The notes beneath the pieces are model-generated. The model worked only from the letters and a program-made list of their open reading frames with translations, did no database searches and was not told the origin of the DNA. Both the position numbers and the translations under genes were made by a program. From an uncultured Bacilli bacterium (GTDB taxonomy: Bacteria; Bacillota_I; Bacilli_A; RF39; UBA660), in the NCBI GenBank assembly GCA_944372455.1, contig CALVZF010000003.1, positions 1 to 54,977 on the forward strand: DNA of 54,977 nt. The letters run 5' to 3'. How positions within the stretch are numbered: the first letter of the stretch is position 1; each line of letters starts with the position of its first letter. Below, in pieces: positions 1 to 7,673 of the stretch.

Positions 1-76
1 CCTTACATCTCTATTATATTATATTTCCTTCTATATGAAAAGACTATTAACTTTTTTTTCTTTGTCAACAGTCTGA

Positions 77-103
77 AAAATCTCTTATAAATTAAGAGAT
101 TTT
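77..103 (-). terminator. Rho-independent terminator downstream of the cotD 3' half
   Basis: Inverted repeat AAAATCTCTTA (77-87) / TAAGAGATTTT (93-103) just past the TAA at 110-112. Confidence 0.7.
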
Positions 104-109
104 ATAAAA

Positions 110-241
110 TTATCTAAAACAGCAACAAGAACCTTCGTTTAATTGACATACTTCATTTTCTTCACAGCAAGTATAGCATGGTGAATATGTATGTTTATAA
201 ACATGATGGTTTATAACTTTAGTATTGATAGGACAGATATG
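110..241 (-). CDS. cotD: 3' half of interrupted CotD-family spore coat gene (no start codon of its own)
   Basis: Manual translation HICPINTKVINHHVYKHTYSPCYTCCEENEVCQLNEGSCCCFR*. His/Cys-rich and continues the ...HEVP of ORF 4093-4392 in frame. Not in the ORF track. Confidence 0.85.
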   Translation of the reverse strand, partial: HICPINTKVINHHVYKHTYSPCYTCCEENEVCQLNEGSCCCFR

Positions 242-262
242 TCCTTGCCCCTTTTTGATAGA
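240..262. other. Attachment site at the left end of the element (core plus inverted-repeat arm)
   Basis: Core TGT at 240-242. Arm TTTTTGATAGA (252-262) matches the reverse complement of 4079-4089 at 10 of 11 positions. Confidence 0.8.
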
Positions 263-595
263 CTATATTTCTACTATACCATTTATTATGTCTATAACCT
301 CTTCTAATTCTTCTTTTTTTATTTTTTCAACAAATGATAATTTACGAGCATTAAAGTCAATACTTCTAATATGTTCACACAACACAGAACCTTTTACTTT
401 TTTAGTATTTAATAGTTCATAATGAGTAGGAAATTTTTTTGTATTTGTTGTAATTGGACAAATAATTGCCATACTAGTATATTTATTAAATTTATCTTTA
501 CTAATAACTACAGCAGGTCTAAGTCCAGTTTGTTCATGACCTTTAGTAGGGGCAAAATCCATATAACAAATGTCACCTTGTTTTGGTATATACAT
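263..595 (-). CDS. mazF: PemK/MazF-family endoribonuclease toxin
   Basis: Motifs QGDI..MDF.P.KGHEQ.G.RPAVVIS, CPITT and LCEHIRSID. Start overlaps the antitoxin stop. Confidence 0.93.
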   Translation of the reverse strand: MYIPKQGDICYMDFAPTKGHEQTGLRPAVVISKDKFNKYTSMAIICPITTNTKKFPTHYELLNTKKVKGSVLCEHIRSIDFNARKLSFVEKIKKEELEEVIDIINGIVEI

Positions 596-855
596 CAGTC
601 AATAATTTCCTTTCCTAAATCTTCTCCCCAATCATATGATTCTACTATTCCTTTTTCATTACTTGGTAATTGTTCAAACAATTTAAATCTTTCTTCTAAA
701 GTTAAATGCTTCTTTTTAGCTTTTGTGATTATAATTGTATCTTCTTTTTGTATTAATTCAACTATATCATTTGTTTTTAATTTAAGAGATTTTAAAAAAC
801 TACTTGGAATTCTTATTCCGTCTGAATTCCCCCATTTTTGAAGTCTTGCTTCCAT
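595..855 (-). CDS. mazE: AbrB/MazE-family antitoxin
   Basis: LQKWGNSDGIRIP AbrB fold and C-terminal YDWGEDLGKE. Likely start MEARL at 855 after GGAG (ORF track starts at 873). Confidence 0.92.
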   Translation of the reverse strand: MEARLQKWGNSDGIRIPSSFLKSLKLKTNDIVELIQKEDTIIITKAKKKHLTLEERFKLFEQLPSNEKGIVESYDWGEDLGKEIID

Positions 856-877
856 ATTATCATCTCCATTCATTTAT

Positions 878-906
878 AGTATATACAATGTTTATACTTT
901 TGTCAA
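878..906 (-). promoter_or_regulatory. SigA-type promoter of mazEF with an overlapping palindromic operator
   Basis: TTGACA (906-901), 17 bp, TATACT (883-878). Imperfect palindrome AGTATATAC-AAT-GTTTATACT (878-898), typical of TA autorepression. Confidence 0.7.
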
Positions 907-938
907 TGTTTTTTTCATTAATTAGTATGAATAATATA

Positions 939-2504
939 TTACAAATTATTAAAAGTAACTTTAACATTTATAGTTTTATCTCCAAATATTTCAATTCTGT
1001 CTATTAGATTAATTATTAATTCTCTACTAGGTTCTTTCATGGTTAAAAATTTATTAATATATTCTATTATAATTTTATTTTTTACTTCTTCATTAATATT
1101 ATCATTAATAGTATTATTTAACTCATTATATCTTTTTTGTTTTATATTTAATTCGTTTTCTAATTTAACTTTTACTCTTTCAAATTGTTCTTCAGTTATC
1201 TTTTTATTTAATTTATCAATGTAAATAACATCTAAATTATCATTTACTTGTTTAATATCATTAGTTAGTGTTTCTAATTCCTTTTTATTATTAAATTTAT
1301 TATCTTCAGTTAAATTATTTAATACATTATTTTTAACTTTATCTTTATTAATATAACTTAAGCACATATTAGTTAATGAATTAATGATTACCTTTTCTAA
1401 TTCATCATAATTATTTGAATGAGTTGTACATAATCTTTGTTTCATATAAGTTCTATAATAGTTACAAATAGTATAACATCTATTATCTTTTTTTCTTCTT
1501 GCTTGGATTGAAATTCTATGTCCACAATCACCACAATATAAAAGTCCATCTAATAAATGATTTTCTTTTTTTTCATTTCTTCCTACATTTTTAGGTATTC
1601 TTTTTTGTACTTCATAAAAAGTTTCTTTATCAATAATAGGTTCATGAGTATTTTCTACAATTATATAGTCTTTAGGATTATTTCTAATAACCTTTTTAAC
1701 TTTATAATTAACTTTACTTCTTCTATTTTGTACCATATCACCCATATACATTTGATTAGTTAAAATATCTCTTATTGTTTTAGAATGCCACTCTCCATAT
1801 TTTAAGTTATAATTGTTTTTCCATTCAAAACTATAATATTGTGCAGGTGTTTTTATTCCTTCATTAGTTAATTGTTTTGCTATTTTAAAAAATGATAAAC
1901 CACTTAAACACATATCAAATATTCTTTTAACTACAAATGCTTGTTCCTCATTTATCGCTAAATGATTTTTATCATTCGCATCTTGATCATATCCAAATGG
2001 AGTTCTACCTCCCACAAACTTGCCTTCTTTTTGTTTTGCTCTTAAACTAGATTTAATTTTTTTAGATATATCTTTCGCATACATATCATTCATAATTGCT
2101 TTGAATGGAGCAATATCATTATTAGAATTATCTAGAAAAGTGTCTATATTATCAGTAACTGCTATATATCTTACATTATGTTCTGGAAAATACTTTTCTA
2201 TTAAATTACCAGTACCAATATAATCTCTTCCAAGTCTAGACATATCTTTAGTAATAACCATATTAACTCTACCTAATTCAATATCATTTAATAATCTATT
2301 AAAATCAGGTCTATCAAAATTAGTTCCACTATAACCATCATCAATATAAATATCATAAACTTTTAAATTATTTTCTTTAACATATTGAAGTAATAAACTC
2401 TTTTGATTTGTAATACTTTCACTTTCTAATGCTTTGTCATCATCTTCCCTAGATAACCTTATATAAAGTCCAACATTATATATCTTATTTAAACTCCCTA
2501 ACAA
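939..2504 (-). CDS. Large serine recombinase (SpoIVCA/TndX-like integrase-excisase)
   Basis: Catalytic YIRLS, DDGYSGTNFDRP and KDMSRLGR motifs, recombinase domain, zinc ribbon CGDCG...C...C and a coiled coil. TTG start with a GGAGG RBS. Confidence 0.95.
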   Translation of the reverse strand: MLGSLNKIYNVGLYIRLSREDDDKALESESITNQKSLLLQYVKENNLKVYDIYIDDGYSGTNFDRPDFNRLLNDIELGRVNMVITKDMSRLGRDYIGTGNLIEKYFPEHNVRYIAVTDNIDTFLDNSNNDIAPFKAIMNDMYAKDISKKIKSSLRAKQKEGKFVGGRTPFGYDQDANDKNHLAINEEQAFVVKRIFDMCLSGLSFFKIAKQLTNEGIKTPAQYYSFEWKNNYNLKYGEWHSKTIRDILTNQMYMGDMVQNRRSKVNYKVKKVIRNNPKDYIIVENTHEPIIDKETFYEVQKRIPKNVGRNEKKENHLLDGLLYCGDCGHRISIQARRKKDNRCYTICNYYRTYMKQRLCTTHSNNYDELEKVIINSLTNMCLSYINKDKVKNNVLNNLTEDNKFNNKKELETLTNDIKQVNDNLDVIYIDKLNKKITEEQFERVKVKLENELNIKQKRYNELNNTINDNINEEVKNKIIIEYINKFLTMKEPSRELIINLIDRIEIFGDKTINVKVTFNNL

Positions 2505-2557
2505 TTCTTACCTCCTTCTAGAGAAAATCGCGTACATGATGAAGGTATCTCGCATTT

Positions 2558-2674
2558 TTAATTTTTACAAATCGTTTGAATATATTTTTTAATTTCTTTA
2601 TTTAAAATTTTTATAAGAATATCATTTATATCATTATTTTCATCATAAATATAATTAATCTTGTACTTATCCAT
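2558..2674 (-). CDS. Small ORF upstream of the recombinase, candidate recombination directionality factor
   Basis: MDKYKINYIYDENNDINDILIKILNKEIKKYIQTICKN* (38 aa) with a GAGGTG RBS. The frame stays open after the TAA until 2498, overlapping the recombinase start. Confidence 0.55.
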   Translation of the reverse strand: MDKYKINYIYDENNDINDILIKILNKEIKKYIQTICKN

Positions 2675-2958
2675 AACTCTCGCACCTCACTTAAATTTAT
2701 GGATAAATAACTAATTTTAGTAATACTAAATTGTATAATATTTAAATTATATATATTTTTAGTTTAATTATCCTAAATATCATTATTTTTTATTAATTTT
2801 ACTAAAGCAGGATAAGATGATGACACCCCATATAAAAAAGCTTATACAATAAGGACTCATTATAGTGTCATTCTTATTTTGCGCTTATAAAATTTATCCT
2901 ACTTCGTAAGTTGATACAATGAATAAATTCCTATTTTATAAGATATTAAAGCATATAA

Positions 2959-3002
2959 AAATATCCTACATTTAATAAATTGATTATTTTTGTAGGATAT
3001 TT
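2959..3002. terminator. Hairpin or terminator downstream of fic
   Basis: AAATATCCTACA (2959-2970) / TGTAGGATATTT (2991-3002). Confidence 0.5.
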
Positions 3003-3012
3003 CTATTTTTTT

Positions 3013-3765
3013 TTAATTATTTGCTTCTATTTCAAAATCTAATAATTCTTCGCACATTTTTTCATATAAATCTTGTTCATGTCTGATAGTATCAATTAAG
3101 AACATTTTGTCATTTTCATATTCTTTTAAACCTCTCATATAATAAGGTTTATCATCATCTAATACTATAAATGGCATAATGTTATTTCTTAAACACTCTT
3201 TAAACATTATTATTCTACCTATACGACCATTTCCATCACCAAAGGGATGTATGTGCTCAAATCTAAAATGAAAATCAACGATATCTTCTAAAGTAATATT
3301 GATTTTAGAATTATATTCATTTAATAATTCTTCAATTTTCCCCTCTACATCTTCAGGTGCAGTAGTATTAATAACATTAACCACACCTATTATATTAGGA
3401 ACAACTTTAAATCCTCCAACATTATATCTAGGATTTTCTTCATCATTAGTATTTCTTTTTAATATCTTATTCATTTCAATTATCATATCTTTTGTTAATA
3501 ATTCATCAACATTATCTAACATATAATCAAACAATTTAAAATGATTTTTAGATTACGTTAAATCATCTAATTTTATTAAATCATCACTTTTAGGAATAAA
3601 TGAAGATGTATCAAATATTGCTTCAGTTTGTTCACTAGTTAATCTACTACCTTCTATTTTATTTGAATTATATGCAAAATTAACTTGAGAATAATGATAT
3701 ATATTCCCTTTAAATTTTGATTCTTTTTGTTTAATTAATTCATTCTTGATTTTATTTATATCCAT
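3013..3765 (-). pseudogene. Fic/Doc-family protein broken by one in-frame TAA
   Basis: ORFs 3553-3777 and 3013-3534 are in the same frame. Read-through gives YNSNKIEGSRLT...DDLT*SKNHFKLFDYML...HPFGDGNGRIGR (intact Fic motif). Stop at 3553-3555. Confidence 0.88.
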
Positions 3766-3809
3766 AATCCAACTCACTTTCGTTTTATATTATTTGATAA
3801 AGAAATTAC

Positions 3810-3977
3810 TCATTTTAATAATTTGTCACTTGCATATTTTATTTCTTTGTCTATAACATTCCAACCTTTTCTTTTACCATTTTTATAATAACAAATTTCC
3901 TTTGAAATAACATGATCATCAATGTTATCATTATCCACTATTTCAAAAGTTTCCTTATTTATATATTTATGATTCAC
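3810..3977 (-). other. Short open frame (55 aa, GTG start) or gene remnant inside the element
   Basis: Open frame VNHKYINKETFEIVDNDNIDDHVISKEICYY...KLLK*. Weak RBS and no recognisable family. Confidence 0.25.
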
Positions 3978-4078
3978 AATTTTCTTCTTTAAATACTATA
4001 TTAATATTATATCATACAAAAAGACATTTCTTATCAAAATGCCTTTAAATTTGTACTTGTTTTCTCTTAAAATTTTGT

Positions 4079-4102
4079 TCTATCATAAATTATCACACTT
4101 GT
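4079..4102. other. Attachment site at the right end of the element
   Basis: Arm TCTATCATAAA (4079-4089) and core TGT (4100-4102). Confidence 0.8.
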
Positions 4103-4392
4103 GGTACTTCATGACAGAATGTTCTATGAACACATTTTTCAATAGGTTGTTCATAAACTGGTTGCATTTTACATCCACAACCCATATTCATATGTGAACC
4201 CATATTCATCATTGGTTCATAAGAAGAATTACATCCACAACTTCCACCTTTCATTGTTGGCATCATTTGAATATTTTTTTCTGATTTGTTAACATATTTT
4301 TGATCAATATCAATATTTGCAAAAATATCATTTCTTGGCATGCTTGGTGTCATTGGTCCAGCATCTATACATCTGTTTTTGTTTAAAAACAT
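4093..4392 (-). CDS. cotD: 5' half of interrupted CotD-family spore coat gene
   Basis: Met/Cys-rich and ends PVYEQPIEKCVHRTFCHEVP. The final QV* is supplied by the element. The P-V..P...C.H.T....VPHI.P..T...NH pattern of Bacillus CotD is completed by 110-241. Confidence 0.85.
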   Translation of the reverse strand: MFLNKNRCIDAGPMTPSMPRNDIFANIDIDQKYVNKSEKNIQMMPTMKGGSCGCNSSYEPMMNMGSHMNMGCGCKMQPVYEQPIEKCVHRTFCHEVPQV

Positions 4393-4414
4393 CTCTTATC
4401 CCCCTTTTCTAGTT

Positions 4415-4443
4415 TATATTATGAACAAAAGGGATAAAGTGTA
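4415..4443 (-). promoter_or_regulatory. Putative mother-cell (SigK/SigE-type) promoter of cotD
   Basis: TACA (4443-4440), 16 bp, CATAATATA (4423-4415). Fits the SigK pattern mACm-16-CATAnnnTA. Confidence 0.55.
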
Positions 4444-4460
4444 TATGTTTTAACCTATAA

Positions 4461-5357
4461 TCATTTTGTTTTAATATCATTATAAAATTGACCACTTTCT
4501 GTAAACATATTTACATCTGTTGGTACTTTTCTTATTAAATTAATTATTTCTTTTGGAACCTCTTCAAAATTAGAACTAAAATCGCCAACGGCATAAGTTG
4601 AATTCTCGTGAATTTTTTTGATACCTTTAAGTTTATTAATCATTTTAACATTGCATATTTTAGGAATAAAATATCTTATAAAACAATCTTCTTCTGAAAC
4701 CGAAATTTCTATTAACAAAGCATGTCCCTTATCTCTAACCATTAATAAAATATTGTTAGATAAAGACAAAATCTCAGTATTACCACAATCCATGTTATTA
4801 GGAAAACTTTCATAAATTTTTCTAACTAAAACATTATCTTTACCACGTAATACAATCGGATAATTTTCATCATTATATTTTTGTTGCAATATTGGGATAT
4901 CACTATAATAATTTTCATTATTAACTATTGAAGAATGTAATACATGAAGAATTTCATTTATAGAATTTGTCTCTTCAATTAAAAAAATAGGGTCTTTAAA
5001 CGAATATCCAGCTGAATTATTTCTTACATTGTTGATGAAATCAGTATCCATATCAGAAAAACAAGCTTTATAAAATATTTTAAGTTTGTCAAAATCATAA
5101 TTACACTTTAAAAGTTTATCTCTATAAATATTAAAAAGGTTATCAATAAATTTTGTGTAATTTAATTCAAAATTAGTAAGAATTTTTTTCAAATAAAATT
5201 CTATATCATTTAAACACTCATATAAGTTATCAGAATATTCAATTAAAGAATTTTTATTATACCTATATTGCTCTTTAGGAACTATATTATATAAAACAGT
5301 CTTAATTTTTAAATCATATTTAAAAAATTCTTCTACTTTTTTTAGATTAACGTCCAA
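4461..5357 (-). CDS. Hypothetical protein
   Basis: 298-aa ORF with a TTG start and AGGTG RBS, directly downstream of ffh. Confidence 0.75.
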   Translation of the reverse strand: MDVNLKKVEEFFKYDLKIKTVLYNIVPKEQYRYNKNSLIEYSDNLYECLNDIEFYLKKILTNFELNYTKFIDNLFNIYRDKLLKCNYDFDKLKIFYKACFSDMDTDFINNVRNNSAGYSFKDPIFLIEETNSINEILHVLHSSIVNNENYYSDIPILQQKYNDENYPIVLRGKDNVLVRKIYESFPNNMDCGNTEILSLSNNILLMVRDKGHALLIEISVSEEDCFIRYFIPKICNVKMINKLKGIKKIHENSTYAVGDFSSNFEEVPKEIINLIRKVPTDVNMFTESGQFYNDIKTK

Positions 5358-5374
5358 AATATCACCTACAACTT

Positions 5375-6682
5375 TTAAAATGGTAACTTCATATTTCCAT
5401 TAGATAACTGTTTCATCATTTTTTTCATTTGTTCAAATTGAGTAATTAATTTATTTACATCCTCAACTTTTTGTCCACAACCTTTAGCTATTCTTTGTTT
5501 TCTACTTGCTTTAATTATTTCTGGATTTCTTCTTTCTTTTGGCGTCATAGATAATACAATAGCTTCTAAATGAGCAATTTGTTTGGGATCAATTGTAATA
5601 TTATTTAAACCCATTTTTTTAGCTCCTGGAAGCATTTTAATAATATTTTCAAGAGGTCCTAATTTTCTAATTTGTTTCATATTGTTTAAAAAGTCCTCTA
5701 GATCAAATTTACCAGATTGTAATCTTTTCGCACTTTTTTTAGCTTCTTCTTCATCAATAACTTCCTCTGCTTTTTCTACAATTGATAGAATATCTCCCAT
5801 TCCTAGAATTCTATTTGCCATTCTTTCTGGATCAAATTCTTGTAATCCATCTAATTTTTCTGATACCCCTATCATTTTTATTGGAACATTAGTTAAATGT
5901 CTTATAGAAAGTGCGGCTCCTCCTCTAGTATCACCATCTAATTTGGTAAGTATAGCTCCTGTTAAAGGAAGAGTACTATTAAATCCTTCAATGATATTTA
6001 TAACATCTTGCCCTACCATACCATCAACTACTAATAAAATTTCATCAGGGTTTATTTCAGTTTTAATATTAACTAATTCATTCATTAAGTTTTCATCAAT
6101 ATGTAGTCTACCAGCAGTATCTATTAATATGTAATCATATTTTTGTTCTTTCGCATATTCTATTGCATTTTTAGCTATATCAACAGGATTAGTATTCCCT
6201 TCTTCATAAACATCAATACTTAGTTCTTTACCAATTTGCTTTAATTGATCAATTGCTGCAGGTCTATATACATCACAAGCAACAAAAAGAGGATTCTTCT
6301 TATATTTTTTTCTAACTAGACTACCAAGTTTTCCAATAGTAGTAGTTTTACCACTACCCTGTAGTCCAACTAACATTACAATTGTAGGATTTTTACTAGT
6401 AATTAAATCTGCTTTTTCTCCACCTAAAAGTTCTACAAGTTCATCCTTAACAATTTTGACAAACATTTCTCCAGGTTTTAAACTTTTTTTTACTTCTTCT
6501 CCTAAAGCTTTCTCTTTAACATCATTTATAAACTCTTTAACTACTTTATAATTAACATCTGCTTCTAAAAGAGCAAGCCTAATTTCTCTTGTCATATCAC
6601 TTATATTATCTTCTGTAATACGACCATACCCTTTTATTTTATCTAAAGCATTTTGTAATCTATCCCCTAAACTTTCAAACAT
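5375..6682 (-). CDS. ffh: Signal recognition particle protein Ffh
   Basis: ALLEADV, GLQGSGKTT, DTAGR, TKLDGDTRGGAALS and a Met-rich M domain. Confidence 0.98.
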   Translation of the reverse strand: MFESLGDRLQNALDKIKGYGRITEDNISDMTREIRLALLEADVNYKVVKEFINDVKEKALGEEVKKSLKPGEMFVKIVKDELVELLGGEKADLITSKNPTIVMLVGLQGSGKTTTIGKLGSLVRKKYKKNPLFVACDVYRPAAIDQLKQIGKELSIDVYEEGNTNPVDIAKNAIEYAKEQKYDYILIDTAGRLHIDENLMNELVNIKTEINPDEILLVVDGMVGQDVINIIEGFNSTLPLTGAILTKLDGDTRGGAALSIRHLTNVPIKMIGVSEKLDGLQEFDPERMANRILGMGDILSIVEKAEEVIDEEEAKKSAKRLQSGKFDLEDFLNNMKQIRKLGPLENIIKMLPGAKKMGLNNITIDPKQIAHLEAIVLSMTPKERRNPEIIKASRKQRIAKGCGQKVEDVNKLITQFEQMKKMMKQLSNGNMKLPF

Positions 6683-6684
6683 AA

Positions 6685-6831
6685 TTAGTCACCATCTTCT
6701 TGAGTCTCACTATCTGTTTTTCTTTCTTTATCTTCTATTTTCTGATTTAAATTTTCCATATCTAATTTTATTAATTCATCTAGATTTAATTTACCATAAT
6801 TTTCTAAATACTTATTTTTTTCTCTATACAT
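6685..6831 (-). CDS. Unannotated 48-aa small protein between ylxM and ffh
   Basis: MYREKNKYLENYGKLNLDELIKLDMENLNQKIEDKERKTDSETQEDGD*. Start overlaps the ylxM stop (TAATG) and its stop lies 2 nt before the ffh start. Confidence 0.6.
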   Translation of the reverse strand: MYREKNKYLENYGKLNLDELIKLDMENLNQKIEDKERKTDSETQEDGD

Positions 6832-7124
6832 TATAACAACTCCATAATTTGATTTTTTAAATTTTCATCATTTATATTTTTTAAAAGATTTTCAATTAAC
6901 TGATATTTTTTATTTAGATTTAACTTATCCTCATAATAATTAAGCTTTTCAGAAATATCTTTTAATTGTTTATGGACTGCATTTCTACTAACATTGTCAT
7001 TCTCACTTATTTCTTTTAAGGACAAATTATTAAAATAATAATCTTCAAAATATATCTTTTGTTTTTCTGTCAATAAATTTCCATAATAATCATATAAAAT
7101 AATCAATTTAGTATTTTTATCCAT
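6831..7124 (-). CDS. ylxM: YlxM (UPF0122) SRP-associated protein
   Basis: LYDYYGNLLTEKQ...LSLKEISE...VSRNAV, positioned between ftsY and ffh. Confidence 0.92.
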   Translation of the reverse strand: MDKNTKLIILYDYYGNLLTEKQKIYFEDYYFNNLSLKEISENDNVSRNAVHKQLKDISEKLNYYEDKLNLNKKYQLIENLLKNINDENLKNQIMELL

Positions 7125-7660
7125 TAATTATTCCCTTCCATAATTTTAATATACGATTTTTTATTTTCTTTTTCTAATTTTTCTAAACTTTTTATTGAAC
7201 GTAAAAAACAAGGTGTAAATTGTGGATATTTAGAACCTGTTTTAGTGAAAACATGCGAATTACTTATATTATTTTTATTTTTAATATAAAGTCCTATAAT
7301 TGGTTTTCTTTTATTTTCATTTTTTATAATTCTTAAAAAATTAGAATCTGCTATATTTGAATAATCATCATAAAAAGTAAACCAATTATGAGTTTTATCA
7401 TATAATGGATATTTTTCATATTCATAGTCGTTGAAATCTTTGAAAGCGTTGTACTCATCAACTAAAGAATTAAATAACTCGTTAAAAATTTCATAAATAT
7501 TTCTATCATCTGAAGTTATCTTAAATGAAAAGCCCATTAATCTTTCTGTAGCTTTTTTTCCATTTATCCATAAATAAATATTATTATCATTATTTAAAAC
7601 ATTTAAACATTTTTCTCTATCATTAATAACTAATGACTTGTCTATCTTATATATTTCCAT
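7124..7660 (-). CDS. Hypothetical protein inserted between ftsY and ylxM
   Basis: Long ORF with likely start MEIYK at 7660 after AAGGGG (track start 7720 overlaps ftsY). Confidence 0.7.
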   Translation of the reverse strand: MEIYKIDKSLVINDREKCLNVLNNDNNIYLWINGKKATERLMGFSFKITSDDRNIYEIFNELFNSLVDEYNAFKDFNDYEYEKYPLYDKTHNWFTFYDDYSNIADSNFLRIIKNENKRKPIIGLYIKNKNNISNSHVFTKTGSKYPQFTPCFLRSIKSLEKLEKENKKSYIKIMEGNN

Positions 7661-7673
7661 TTTAATTTCCCCC

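Larger units (their letters stand above)
243..4102. mobile_element. Serine-recombinase element interrupting cotD (skin-like), 3,860 bp
   Basis: Lies between the two cotD halves. Shared core TGT at 240-242 and 4100-4102, terminal inverted repeats at 252-262 and 4079-4089. Carries a large serine recombinase, mazEF and a fic pseudogene. Confidence 0.88.

Noticed and set aside
225-2223. Plus-strand ORFs 225-422, 422-841, 804-1007, 1039-1224, 1557-1763 and 2020-2223
   Set aside because: Antisense shadows of mazEF and the recombinase, with no RBS or family motifs. The same applies to the other shadow ORFs in the track, such as 5583-6134, 8849-9238, 25671-26015 and 38395-38730.
2558-3555. TAA recoding or an alternative genetic code to explain the two in-frame stops in the element
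   Set aside because: TAA is the ordinary stop for most genes in the window, and TGA also ends genes. Point mutation or sequencing error is simpler.
243-4102. Calling the element a prophage or conjugative transposon
   Set aside because: No structural, replication, relaxase or transfer genes lie within the att boundaries.
4093-4392. Reading this ORF as a complete 99-aa protein
   Set aside because: Its last two codons and stop come from the inserted element, and the true C-terminus is at 110-241.
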